Below, piece by piece: positions 11,008 to 21,954 of a DNA stretch of 64,000 bases. The stretch is from positions 1,312,001-1,376,000 of the forward strand of contig OZ245040.1 in assembly GCA_965224195.1 (NCBI GenBank). The letters are read 5' to 3'. The translations under genes and the position numbers were made by a program. Source of the stretch: Nitrosopumilus sp. (GTDB lineage: Archaea > Thermoproteota > Nitrososphaeria > Nitrososphaerales > Nitrosopumilaceae). Position 1 is the first letter of the stretch, and every line of letters starts with the position of its first letter. The notes below the pieces were generated by a model. The model saw only the letters and a list, made by a program, of their open reading frames with translations. It had not been told where the DNA came from and did not search any database.

Positions 11008-11325
11008 TCAAGGTGTTTCTATCTTGATTTCTGCATTACAAACAGGAATATTTCCAGTCTGATTTTTAAAATCTTCAATTAATTGTAGTTGCATCTCTTT
11101 TGGATTCTCTGCAAAGACTCTCTGATAGAATGATGTTTTTTGTTTACATTCATCTCCCTCAAATTCTGTATCTACATATTTTGCAAATTTTACTGCTAGG
11201 CTATCTGTTTCTCCAATAAATATTGGATCTCTATTTCTGGTATACAATACATACACACCTGGATTTGCTTTTACATATTGGGAGCTATCTGTCCACACTC
11301 TCATTTTATCATCTAATAATTCCAT
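11008..11325 (-). CDS. GIY-YIG-like protein
   Basis: PGVYVLY....IFIGET motif and C-terminal P.CN. Confidence 0.7.
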   Translation of the reverse strand: MELLDDKMRVWTDSSQYVKANPGVYVLYTRNRDPIFIGETDSLAVKFAKYVDTEFEGDECKQKTSFYQRVFAENPKEMQLQLIEDFKNQTGNIPVCNAEIKIETP

Positions 11326-11390
11326 GATCTAATCTAATGACAGTATCTATTAAACTAGATTACAACATCTATGATACTCCAATAACCCTT

Positions 11391-13102
11391 ATGCTTTTAA
11401 TACTGAGCAAAAAAGATGTAATCCTGTCTTTATTAGAAAAATTCCCAGATCATTTCACTCCTAGAGAAATTCAAAAAGAGATCATTTCACAAATAGAGGA
11501 GAAATTGAAATCTGGATTTAAAAAAATCATTCTATGTGCTCCTACTGGTGTAGGAAATCCCTTGTTGGTGCAACCATTTCAAATTATTTTGAAAGTTCAT
11601 TCACAGTAACTGCATCAAAACACCTTCAAGATCAATATATCAAAGATATTCCATTTCTAAAGCCTGTAAAAGGCAAGCAAAACTTCCCATGTCTCAAACT
11701 TATGGAATCTGAAAAAGTTGAGAATGATAGAAGAGCCATGAGGTGGGGTTTGACCTGTGACAAAGGTGAATGTCAGGAAAGAGTCTCGAAAAATGGCAAG
11801 GAAGTTTTTGAGGTATGTAAATTCAAGCCTACCATAAAACAGGTAGAAGATAACATTACAGACACAAAATCTTGTCACTATTACATGCAAAAATACGATG
11901 CACTAGTTTCCAATCATTCTCTCTGGAATTATCACGCATTTTTCACAATTATGAAATTCAACAAAAAACTTTTTGAAGACTATCTTGATAGAAAAGTAAC
12001 TGTTTTTGATGAGGCTCATAAAATTGAAGACCAAATAATCCAATTTGTTGGGTTTGACATTTTTGCAGGCTAAGTTGATGAATGTAATCTAAATTCAGAA
12101 AAATATGATTTTACAGATTTGGATTCTATGATTCAGTTAACTGACGATATGGCATTTTCATATGCTAAAAAAATCAAAGATATTAAAGAAAGTGCAGCTT
12201 TTCAAAATGATCCTGATTATGAATTGCTTACAGGATTAGAACGAAGACATGATAGGTCTGCACAAGCTAAAATTGACATAATGACTGACAAGGATAACTT
12301 TGTTGTAAATGATCCTCTTAAAGATTTGAATGGAAACTTTAGAACAATTTCTGTAAAGCCCATTGATGTTTCAAAGTTTGCAAATTCTTTTTTTGAAACA
12401 GAATACCAATTATTCATGTCTGCGACAATTGATAAAAATAGTTTCTGTGAAAACATGGGGTTGATAAAAGATGATGTTGCATTTGTCGATACTCCCAAAT
12501 CTCCTTTCCCAATTGAACATAGAAGTATAGATCTTCTAAATATTAAGAGACTTAGCTATGGCTCTACTGATGAAGATGAACTTGAAGTAATCAAAACAAT
12601 TGATAGGATAATGGATGAGCATTCAAACGAACGTGGATTAATTCTTACATCTTCTATTCCTAGATGCCAAAAAATTATTCGCTATCTTTCTCCAAAAAAT
12701 ACTCAAAGAATTAGACTCTGTCATAGTAAAAATAAGGATGACAAAACACAGGATGAAGTCATTTCTGAACATGCAACTGATCCTACGGGAGTTTTATTAT
12801 CTTCTTCTTTATGGGAAGGTGTTGATTTGAAAGATGATTTATCTAGGTTTCAAATTATTGCCAAAGTTCCATACCCAAATTATACTGAAAAGAGAACAAA
12901 AGCTAAAATGAATAAATTTCCATCATGGTACACTTCACAGACTTTGACTAAAATTCTACAAGGTTTTGGTCGCTCTATCCGAAGTGATGATGATTGGGCA
13001 AAAACATATGTCTTGGATACTGCTGTGAACAATGTATTTTTCAAGGGTCAACAAATAATTCCAAAGGCATACTATGATGTTTTAGGAATGGATGAGGTTT
13101 AA
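11391..13102 (+). pseudogene. XPD/DinG (Rad3)-like SF2 helicase, disrupted
   Basis: Q-motif, Walker A APTGVG(K)S broken by 1-nt loss at 11555-11557, DEAH box, in-frame TAA at 12071-12073, EGVDL and QGFGRSIR motifs. Confidence 0.9.
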
Positions 13103-13111
13103 TTTTTTTAA

Positions 13112-13309
13112 TTATTTTCTTTCTGCACATGCACATTTGACATAAACCATTTTGAATTCGTCATCTGATTTTATGTTATGTGCCATTGGCTTTCTACATT
13201 GCTGACATTCTGTAAATCCAAAATATTCATCAACTTTGATCATTTTATAATCCCAGGATTTTTTTTCCTCATTCCAAAATACTGAGTTTATTTCAGATGG
13301 GCCATCCAT
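13112..13309 (-). CDS. Small zinc-binding protein
   Basis: CQQC and CAC motifs. Confidence 0.7.
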   Translation of the reverse strand: MDGPSEINSVFWNEEKKSWDYKMIKVDEYFGFTECQQCRKPMAHNIKSDDEFKMVYVKCACAERK

Positions 13310-13620
13310 GAATAATTATGGAAATTGTTTCATTAATTAATTTTCTATCTATTTAGATTTTTAAAATATGATGATGTGGATAAAGATACTGAAAATCCAT
13401 ACATACCTGATAAAGGAAAACATGATGGTGAATTTTCAGAAAAATCTGGAACAATAATTACACTTAGAAAATTCCATAAACGAAGAACTCCAGAATGTTG
13501 GGATGGAGAGGGTGCTGTTATGTATGGGTTACAAGCTACCAGCATCATAATATGGATAATCATATAGATTACGTAATAAATATAAATATAAATATAAAAA
13601 AACTACAATAGTAACAGCCT

Positions 13621-14388
13621 ATGATTTCTGAGAGGACAATAATTATCTGCTCGTTTATTTTTGCACTGGCTGCAATCTCCTTTGCTTTTGAAGAGGTTTT
13701 TGAAGACATGTCAGGCCAGTATTTTATATCGCCAATAATTGAGCAAGATATGTACTTGGTAAGACAAGAACTTGCACAGCAGGCAGCATTTTTACAAAAC
13801 ATAAACAATGACTCGTACTTTCATGACATGATAAGTAAAACAGATGTTTATCAGGCCTTTGTAACAAAGTACCCACAACATCAGATTGACAGGACAGATA
13901 CAAACGATACCAGCATCATTTATACTGTATTTTATTCTGATTATGTAAGCCCCTATGCTGCAATTATGGTTGACTTTGAGATCTCATGGGTGGGAGCCAT
14001 ATCCACAGAACATAGATGCATGGTCGATGGCTATCACCTAAAAAAACACAACGCCATGCCTACTACAATGTGGATAAATGCAGGAGTATGCCAAGATGTC
14101 ATCTCTGAGAGCAGAGAAGAAAGGGGAGCCTCAGATGTAACGTATTTTGATACCGAGTTTGATGATATGTTACTTGATGCATTTGATGAACTCCAAGAAA
14201 GGATTGCAGGCAATTACTCGCCTGTCAGCGGCGTTACGCTAGATAGTGTAAATCTTGAAGGTGACGTCATAATACTGTTTGTAGATGTCTCAGATATGGA
14301 TTCATCGCAGCCATTGACAGGTGTAACTGATAGTGTTTTGGATCTCTTTGAGCATACAGTACCAATAGAGATTGTATTTCTTGAATAG
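13621..14388 (+). CDS. Secreted or membrane-anchored hypothetical protein
   Basis: N-terminal hydrophobic signal; starts a visibly GC-richer block. Confidence 0.75.
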   Translation: MISERTIIICSFIFALAAISFAFEEVFEDMSGQYFISPIIEQDMYLVRQELAQQAAFLQNINNDSYFHDMISKTDVYQAFVTKYPQHQIDRTDTNDTSIIYTVFYSDYVSPYAAIMVDFEISWVGAISTEHRCMVDGYHLKKHNAMPTTMWINAGVCQDVISESREERGASDVTYFDTEFDDMLLDAFDELQERIAGNYSPVSGVTLDSVNLEGDVIILFVDVSDMDSSQPLTGVTDSVLDLFEHTVPIEIVFLE

Positions 14389-14501
14389 CATGTCGTATTG
14401 TGCATTTATACTTGTTTTACGGATATTACTCCCCAGACTTTGCCGTCGTACCAATAGAGATTGTATTTCTTGAATAGCATGTCGTATTGTGCATTTATAC
14501 T
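14359..14501 (+). repeat. 54-bp exact direct repeat (14359-14412 and 14448-14501) enclosing a unique 35-bp insert
   Basis: GTACCAATAG...GCATTTATACT occurs twice around TGTTTTACGGATATTACTCCCCAGACTTTGCCGTC. Confidence 0.95.
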
Positions 14502-17500
14502 GCTACTTTTTACAGCATATTGCACTGTTACATATGGTACGGCATATGCTACAATAGTTGATGATCGTGAATTTCCCGAAGCCCCAATCAAAATTAAACC
14601 AGTTACATATGGTACGGCATATGCTACAATAGTTGATGCCTCAGAAGGCTCATCTATACCAGGATGTGAAACCACATCGACATGTTTTGTGCCTTACCAG
14701 ACAACAGTAGGCAAAGGAGAGACTGTCAACTGGCGCAACCCAACATCTACTGCACATACTGTCACAAGCGGCACACTTGGTACGCCTAATGGTGTGTTTG
14801 ATAGTGGCTTTATGAACCCTGGCACAGAGTATTCTTTTACGTTTGATAATACGGGAGACTATCACTACTTTTGCATGTTTCATCCGTGGATGAAAGGTGT
14901 CATCACGTCAACTGACAACCACAAGGCTGCAAAGCAAACGACTCCAGAGACTCAAAGGCATTGCAAGAACCCAAAACAATTTTTCATGCAGGGGATAGTG
15001 CAAAATACAATATTTGAGGATTTTGAAGTGTACTGCAGGTATGCCAAGGCATCACAAGATGATGCGTTCTCATATGATATCCAACCGCCAAAAAAACCTC
15101 AAAGGACAATGTATGGCATTACATCTGATGACGCACTTGGAACGCGCTCCCTTAATGCAATGCTTTCTGTAAAGCGCACATCAGACAGTAATGCAAACAA
15201 CTATGGTAGTACAAACAACGGCCAGCTGCATGTTGCATCGTTTGTGCCAAAACTGCATATGCTATCAGCTGATGTATATTCTAAGGACATTTCAGCTGCA
15301 AGCTACAGCGGGACTGGCGGCTCTACTACAAAAGTTACCATCATATATCATACCCAAGACAATGACCAAAATGCATTAATTATTACGCCTCACTATGTGG
15401 GAAACCTACACAGCAAGGCATACACGCTTGAGCAAAGCCTGAACACAAAGCGCATAATGCTTGAGAACACCGGACAGATGTCTTGGAAGCATATACAGTA
15501 TGACGTTAGGGACATTTACAACCAAAGCGGTTTTGGCAACTATGACTCTGATGTTGTCTTGTGGAGCCTGTACATTGGAGGCCAGTCATACACGTCATCT
15601 TTGGGCATTGCGTCATGGAGCATAAACATTGACAACCTGTTTGTAACTGATGGTACCTCAGATGCAATCCCGCCTGCATCATACCAGCTTGCAGTAGGTG
15701 TAAAGCCTGAAAACATCTTTTGCAAAAAAGACAAAACCCTTGTATTTAGGATATCTGATAGTGCACCAGTATGCATAAAGGACTCTAGCACAGAAAAAAT
15801 ATACAGTATAGGATATGCAATACCTGCACACACGACAGATGGCACGGCATTGTCTGAGAAGATAAAGTTAAAAAAACAGATGCTTGCATCAATTCTCACT
15901 GATCACTTTTCCCAAAAACCAGACATGTCTACGACCTCTTTTGCCAATGACATTGATGCATACAAGCATCGCATCGCATACAAGATATCTGTCCTAAACA
16001 AACTGGCATCGCCTTCTGGCAACATATCCCTTGACCGGGGGTTTGCAATGTCTACCGGCGGTAATTTTGGGGATGAAAGTTCATGGAATCTTAGAGAGTC
16101 AGGCGAATCATTTGGCATGATCCAAAGAGGCCCAGAATCTGCTACTGAAGCAGAACATGCAGGTTCGGACATATCCCTGCAGTACACTGATTATGTGGAA
16201 TTCTCAAAGACAAATGTGCATGTGATTGGAGTAGACGAACCAGATTTTGTAAAAAATGACGCCAAAAGCATCTATGTGATATCAAACGAAAACGACATCG
16301 CCGTACTTGATGCATCACATGCCAAAGGCCTTGAGATTTTATCTGAGACATCACCGCATAACGATGATGCAAAATCAATACTGCTATACCAAGACATGCT
16401 AATTGTCCTATCTGATGTTGATGAAAAGACGCAGATTACAATGCTTGATGCTGCCGTGTTTCCTCCTGCAAAAAAGCACCAGTTTGCAATTGATTCAAAG
16501 CTACACGATGTAAGGATGATACAAGATACAATCTATATAATTACCCGCTCAAGTGCGCCACAGTCACCTGTGCTATATGACATGATCCAAGGCACACATG
16601 TAATTGAAAGGCCTGCAATGCATTATTTTGAGCACAACCTAATGGCTGATTCCTTGTATACTGTTACTGCCATGCAGATGCAAGACGGTAATGTGCTAAA
16701 GGCCAGTTCTGACTCTTATGTACTAGGCCAGTATGATGTGGTCTATGTCTCAGAGGATAACATCTACCTTTCGTACGTACAGCCATACTCCCAGGCCTCG
16801 TCTGCACTCTTTGATGACGGGTTTTTCTTTGGGTATGCCATAGACAGCCTAAAGCCGCAACAGCTTGCATACCTGTACAGCCTGGCATCAGAGATTGGCA
16901 TGGGCTCTGACAGCATGGTAAAAGACGAGATGGCTGATGTAGTATTTGCAGCATTTGACAGGAATGATGTAGGAGACATAAAAGCTGGCCTGACTGATGC
17001 TGGTATGGATTTCTCAGTGTTTGGTGCCATGCCGCATACTGTAATACATAAGATTGGAGTTGATGAAACAGAGATAAACTATGTTGCATCGGCAAGCATA
17101 AAGGGAACACTGCTAAACCAGTTTGCACTTGACCAGAAGGGAGATGATACCCTCAGGGCAGTTACAAGCTTTTGGCAAGACGGCGTGCTCTCAAGCAACA
17201 TATATGTCTTAGATGATACACTAAAACTTGCCGGCTCCCTTGAAGGCATAGCGCCAGGCGAGACACTGCACTCTACGCGCTTTGCAGGTGACTGGTTGTA
17301 TCTTGTCACATTTAGGCAGGTTGATCCGTTCTTTGTAATAGATGTCTCCTCTGAACATCCAATGGTATTGGGGGAACTGAAGATACCTGGGTACTCAGAG
17401 TACCTGCAAAACTATGATGAGGGGCACGTCATTGGGATTGGAAGGGACACCAACCGCAACCAATGGGACCAGACAACTGATGCGGGCATCAAGATATCGA

Positions 17501-17868
17501 TGTTTGATGTGACAGACTTTGAGAATCCAAAGGAGACGCACAGCATAATAATAGGGGATCACTCAACAGCCTCTGTAGGACTGGTGGAGCACAAGTCCAT
17601 ACTCCTTGACAAAAACAAAAAGATAATCAGCATACCTGTAAGGTTTGGAAACGAACTGTTCTTCTACCTGTATACAGTAGATGACAAATACATGCTTCAT
17701 GAACACTCCAAGATACCACATACACTGGATCCTGCAAACCCACAGCATGTGCGCTCATTTTACATTAAAGACACACTGTACACTGTGACACCTGCAATGG
17801 TAAAGGCAAACAGCCTCCTTGAGCATGATTTAACCCATGGCAGTATATCCCTTGGCATGAAGAAATGA
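14461..17868 (+). CDS. Large secreted protein with a cupredoxin domain, a Cys-pair module and a C-terminal beta-propeller (Beta_propel/YkkA-like)
   Basis: HTVTSG...YFCMFHPWM type-1 copper site; FSKTNVHVIGVDEPDFVKND, YLVTFRQVDPFFVID and GELKIPGYSEYL propeller motifs; likely start ATG near 14479. Confidence 0.85.
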   Translation: MYFLNSMSYCAFILLLFTAYCTVTYGTAYATIVDDREFPEAPIKIKPVTYGTAYATIVDASEGSSIPGCETTSTCFVPYQTTVGKGETVNWRNPTSTAHTVTSGTLGTPNGVFDSGFMNPGTEYSFTFDNTGDYHYFCMFHPWMKGVITSTDNHKAAKQTTPETQRHCKNPKQFFMQGIVQNTIFEDFEVYCRYAKASQDDAFSYDIQPPKKPQRTMYGITSDDALGTRSLNAMLSVKRTSDSNANNYGSTNNGQLHVASFVPKLHMLSADVYSKDISAASYSGTGGSTTKVTIIYHTQDNDQNALIITPHYVGNLHSKAYTLEQSLNTKRIMLENTGQMSWKHIQYDVRDIYNQSGFGNYDSDVVLWSLYIGGQSYTSSLGIASWSINIDNLFVTDGTSDAIPPASYQLAVGVKPENIFCKKDKTLVFRISDSAPVCIKDSSTEKIYSIGYAIPAHTTDGTALSEKIKLKKQMLASILTDHFSQKPDMSTTSFANDIDAYKHRIAYKISVLNKLASPSGNISLDRGFAMSTGGNFGDESSWNLRESGESFGMIQRGPESATEAEHAGSDISLQYTDYVEFSKTNVHVIGVDEPDFVKNDAKSIYVISNENDIAVLDASHAKGLEILSETSPHNDDAKSILLYQDMLIVLSDVDEKTQITMLDAAVFPPAKKHQFAIDSKLHDVRMIQDTIYIITRSSAPQSPVLYDMIQGTHVIERPAMHYFEHNLMADSLYTVTAMQMQDGNVLKASSDSYVLGQYDVVYVSEDNIYLSYVQPYSQASSALFDDGFFFGYAIDSLKPQQLAYLYSLASEIGMGSDSMVKDEMADVVFAAFDRNDVGDIKAGLTDAGMDFSVFGAMPHTVIHKIGVDETEINYVASASIKGTLLNQFALDQKGDDTLRAVTSFWQDGVLSSNIYVLDDTLKLAGSLEGIAPGETLHSTRFAGDWLYLVTFRQVDPFFVIDVSSEHPMVLGELKIPGYSEYLQNYDEGHVIGIGRDTNRNQWDQTTDAGIKISMFDVTDFENPKETHSIIIGDHSTASVGLVEHKSILLDKNKKIISIPVRFGNELFFYLYTVDDKYMLHEHSKIPHTLDPANPQHVRSFYIKDTLYTVTPAMVKANSLLEHDLTHGSISLGMKK
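14527..14638 (+). repeat. 37-bp exact direct repeat (14527-14563 and 14602-14638) enclosing a unique 38-bp insert
   Basis: GTTACATATGGTACGGCATATGCTACAATAGTTGATG occurs twice; net +75 bp, in frame. Confidence 0.95.
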
Positions 17869-18344
17869 GCAGGCTTTGCTTTCTTACAAAGAAGAGGTTT
17901 GCAGTGCCCATACTTGTAATGGCAGGCATTGGAGTTTTATTTACTGCGATAATTTTTGCAGTTGCATTTTCATCGTTTCTTACTTTCGTGTCTGCAGAGT
18001 TTGCAAAGACATTTGGTCCTACATACAAGGATGTTGCAGTAAACAGGTGTCAGCTTTATGACAAAGGCTCAAGCGGCATATTCAACGGAACCTATTCAGA
18101 CGGCACAAAGAACTGGAACAATGCTAACTTCCCTGACAACAGATGCACGCACAGCATAATACTGCTTTTACCTGATAAGACAAAACCGATAACAGATGAG
18201 GTACAGTGCCATGGTCAGTATGATAAAATGGTACAACATACACGCAACGCTAATGTGGAGTTTTGCACAACAGAGAGCTTACAGGTGTGCCAGGACGCAC
18301 TGACGCTGATACATTATGATGAATTTAAAAAAGACGTTTGCTAA
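17865..18344 (+). CDS. Membrane-anchored Cys-containing hypothetical protein
   Basis: Overlaps the upstream stop (ATGA); N-terminal transmembrane segment. Confidence 0.7.
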   Translation: MSRLCFLTKKRFAVPILVMAGIGVLFTAIIFAVAFSSFLTFVSAEFAKTFGPTYKDVAVNRCQLYDKGSSGIFNGTYSDGTKNWNNANFPDNRCTHSIILLLPDKTKPITDEVQCHGQYDKMVQHTRNANVEFCTTESLQVCQDALTLIHYDEFKKDVC

Positions 18345-18666
18345 TGCAGCTTTGCTAACTGACTACACACATTACAGCCAGTCTTGTGCAGCAGTTTCTG
18401 CAACAATCAATGCGGCATGAAATGGTATTACCTGAATCACTTATATTATAAACCAAGTTCCTACCAAAAAACTTGAATCAGATAAGGACCATGCCACATC
18501 ATTGTTTAACCACATCCCAACTGACACACCTGAGATCATACAGATAGTTCTGTCGGGTTATCGTCAGCTAGACACAAAATATGAATTTTCTCTAAATTGA
18601 AAAATTTGAAACCAGATAGAATTTACTTGTATGTAATACAATTTCACAACATCAAATCAATTAAAT

Positions 18667-18885
18667 TTAAGTAATCAAATTTTGACTTTTAAAATCAAGA
18701 CATTTTTCATCAAATTCATTGAGATATTTTTTAGTGTTAATGTTTGCATCCATTATGTATATTTCACATGTTTCTGAATCAATTAGTTGCTGAGAATTGC
18801 TACTGTTAGTCATTACTTGTAATGCAAGAATGCTTACTAGCGCAATTATCACAATTATTGCAAATTTCCTAGAGTAAATGTCCAT
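18667..18885 (-). CDS. Small membrane-anchored protein
   Basis: 72-aa ORF with transmembrane segment and two Cys. Confidence 0.65.
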   Translation of the reverse strand: MDIYSRKFAIIVIIALVSILALQVMTNSSNSQQLIDSETCEIYIMDANINTKKYLNEFDEKCLDFKSQNLIT

Positions 18886-19230
18886 AAATCATACCCGTTC
18901 ATTTTGAACTTAAATCTAATGATTCGAATATTGAATTGTCTGTTTTATTGTAATTGTAAGGGGTTTTTATGGTACACTTTACTCTGCAATGTGTGACTGA
19001 TATTGTTGTTTGCTCAAATTGTGGTTTATCATACTCTACAAAAGAAAATGATCTTTGTACTCATTGTAACTTTACCAACAAACCTCGTACCTAAAATTAA
19101 TAGTTCTTGATATAGTTATTATCAGGATTAGAAAAAACTTCTGATGTGGGATTCAAAAAAGGTATTCACAAATGTGTGGAATGTGAAAAGAAGATCAAAG
19201 AAAATCCTGATGATGCAGGTATGTGTAGTA

Positions 19231-19328
19231 GATGAGTTGCGCAATTACAAGCAAAAATCTAACTTTTCTGTCATTTAATTCTTAATTTTATGGAATTGCA
19301 ATGAATTCTTCTTTCCATTTAATCTTGA
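19231..19328 (-). mobile_element. 98-bp terminal fragment of the ISL2-like element
   Basis: Matches 51665-51762, including the GATGAGTTG terminus preceded by TA. Confidence 0.9.
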
Positions 19329-19725
19329 TTAATGATATTTCCCTCTATGTAGAGTTTCATCCTTTGCTGTCATGGGTGAGACAATCTGAAGCAGATGAAT
19401 CATTACTAAATCACGAGCAAGGCAATTTTGACTTGGCTGAACTAGTAAAACGTGAAAATATTATAAATCTACAAGAGCAATTTTACAAAAAACATTTCTC
19501 AACCCGAGGACAAAATGATGAACAACGAAAACAATTTGCAAAAGAAGATTCTGGTAAAATGATTAATGAACAAGTGGAAAAATTACAAAATCTCTTTGAT
19601 GAAAGATCTCAGAAATACCAAAATGAAACAGATTATGGAGAGAATCTTGAGGAACAATCCGGGTATAATTTGACTTTCAAGCAATTACGGACATAATTTG
19701 TCTTGCAGTGTAGTCTGCTTTGTTA
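19323..19725 (+). pseudogene. Diverged 403-bp duplicate of the 3' part of the DUF922-like gene (9545-9947)
   Basis: Colinear at a constant offset of 9778 with scattered substitutions. Confidence 0.9.
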
Positions 19726-19871
19726 ATGGTAAAACGAGGTTTTTTTGGGTAAAGTAAGGTTACTAGCTTGTGTAGATTTCAGCTTGTGTGAATATTATAG
19801 TCTTCAGACAAAGCTGTTTTTACTCAAATTATATATTAGATATTTTTGTTTTGCAATTATGGGTGTCTTTA

Positions 19872-20369
19872 GTGATAACTGAAAACGACGTAAACGAATT
19901 ATTGACCAAATATACAGTAAAAGAATTTTTAGACTTGGTTGATGCTGAAACAGCATCTTTAGATTATAGATCCAAAGTTATAGTTGCTAATATCCGAATT
20001 GAACAATTAATGGAATGTATCATCATTAAAAATTTCAAGAACCATGAAGATTTAATTGAATTTGATTCTTCTAAAAAACAAAAAATCCTCTTTGGATTAG
20101 GAATACTTGGTAAAGACTTGAACTATTAACTCAAAATTACTAATCAAATACGAAACACATTTGCACATGAAATTAATCCAATAGAAAACAAAGTACCACA
20201 TCTCATAAAGAAATCCAAATTTTATGATAAAACTAAAGCATCCAAAACCGATAACCCAATTAATCAGGCTGTAAAATATGGGATGGTTGCAGGCATGATT
20301 ATAGGCCTGTTGACGAGGTATTTGGCAGAAATTCTTTGGGAAACTAATTCTAAGAATAAAAAGCAGTAA
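19872..20369 (+). pseudogene. HEPN/MtlR-like protein with premature TAA
   Basis: Reading through TAA at 20127-20129 gives IRNTFAHE (RxxxxH) and an open frame to 20369. Confidence 0.65.
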
Positions 20370-20380
20370 CAATCGCTAAA

Positions 20381-20820
20381 CTAGTTCAAATCTTGTAGAT
20401 TTGGTAATCTACATTTTAAAAAATTAGAAAAAGTTGCTTTAGGAAACAAAGTAAAGGTTGTAATATCCACAGGTGATTTTGAAAAGATTAGATGATGAGG
20501 ACAGAATATTTTATCGCAAACAAAAAAAAATCCAATAAATATGTCACCAGTATCAGGAAATTCTAACACAATATCTAAAAAGAATCGAATTGGATCAAAA
20601 ATATGAATCAGGACATCATAAAATAACTACACATAGCTTTCGAGCGTTTTTCATTACAAAGGTGTCACGTCACGATCCAAACTTGGCAAAATATTTTGCA
20701 GGGCAAGAACAATCAAGGGATCTTTTGATGTATGACAGGTTGACAGTAGATGAAAAGCTAGAAAACTATATCAAATTTGAGCCTGATTTATTGATAGGAC
20801 AAGTTGATTCCATAAAATGA
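20381..20820 (+). pseudogene. Tyrosine recombinase/integrase C-terminal remnant
   Basis: ITTHSFRAFFIT (HxxR), AKYFAGQ and LMYDR; upstream part degraded. Confidence 0.75.
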
Positions 20821-20919
20821 AATTATTAGATAATGTCAGGTGTGATAATTGTTTTTAATGCTCTGCAGGATGACACATAAAAATACTAGCATGATCTTTA
20901 AATCAAATCATAGGATCAG

Positions 20920-21738
20920 ATGATTGTTTTGGTTACAATGTATGTTGATGAATCAGGGTCAGAAAGCTACAAGGATTCTACCAAGTATTTTGTATTGTCA
21001 GGAATCATAGTTTCCGATGACAAAATAAAGAAGATTCAACGATCTTCTTTTGAATACAAACTGAAATATTTTATTGACAAATACATAGATTCAGAGATTC
21101 ACACACATGACATCTATCAATCTAAAAATGATTTTTCAAGTTTGAATTTAATCAAGAAACAAGAGATACTAAATGCATTATACAAAATGATCAACACACT
21201 GAATATTACCATAATATCTATAGTAATTAACAAAGAGTTGTTGAAATCACAATATCCAAGTTGGAAGGTAATTGATACTGCATGGATATATCTGATAGAA
21301 CGTTTTGACAAATTTTTAGAATGTAATGACGAGATTAATGGCAGTATCAAAATCGACAAGAGTACACATCGATCTCAGAGATGCATCTTTGATGTAATTG
21401 ATGATGTAAGAAAAAATGGAACTGACTTTCAACGAAGGGCATGTATAGATAATATCCAATTTGTTGATTCTTCTGGTGTTGAGGGAATTCAGATTGCAGA
21501 TGCTGTTGCATACTGTTCATTGATGCATGCAAAGAACAACAATGCCTTTGAAGATTATTGGAATTTGATCAAGTCTAAAATTCGACAAAGCAGTGATGGA
21601 CACACAAAAAGTTATGGATGGAAAGAATTTCCAGGATTTTTAAAAAACAAGAGCATGCAACAAGGAACCCCCCATTCAACACACTCTCTCGTAATGCGAC
21701 CCGCATCACTTGACATTAATACAGCAGCATACTATTAA
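20920..21738 (+). CDS. DUF3800 family protein (RNase H-like fold)
   Basis: YVDESG, EIHT, GIQIADAVAY and YGWKEFP motifs. Confidence 0.85.
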   Translation: MIVLVTMYVDESGSESYKDSTKYFVLSGIIVSDDKIKKIQRSSFEYKLKYFIDKYIDSEIHTHDIYQSKNDFSSLNLIKKQEILNALYKMINTLNITIISIVINKELLKSQYPSWKVIDTAWIYLIERFDKFLECNDEINGSIKIDKSTHRSQRCIFDVIDDVRKNGTDFQRRACIDNIQFVDSSGVEGIQIADAVAYCSLMHAKNNNAFEDYWNLIKSKIRQSSDGHTKSYGWKEFPGFLKNKSMQQGTPHSTHSLVMRPASLDINTAAYY

Positions 21739-21954
21739 AATGTACATTTAAGGATTAACGAGGTATGATAAGAAATATGGATCTTCTCCAAATTTGAACC
21801 GAAATTTACGAAAAATTTTCGGAACTAGTAAGTTTGCGGTAGATAATTCTGCCTGGAAAGTGTCGGTAGATACCTAATAACGCCAATCAAAAACGATATT
21901 TGTGTCAGGCAACAAGTACGTAAATTCTGTATCTGATGAGTATTTTTTAAAACA

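Noticed and set aside
14359-14638. Canonical CRISPR array
   Set aside because: The two adjacent units have different repeats, each with only two copies, derived from coding sequence, with no leader or cas genes. Reported instead as spacer-like insertions.
15191-17748. Numerous 60-150 aa overlapping or antisense ORFs within the 1135-aa gene and other long genes
   Set aside because: Shadow ORFs with no recognisable motifs, favoured by the higher GC content.
19301-19696. 131-aa ORF as a genuine gene
   Set aside because: It is a chimera of antisense IS sequence and a duplicated gene fragment.
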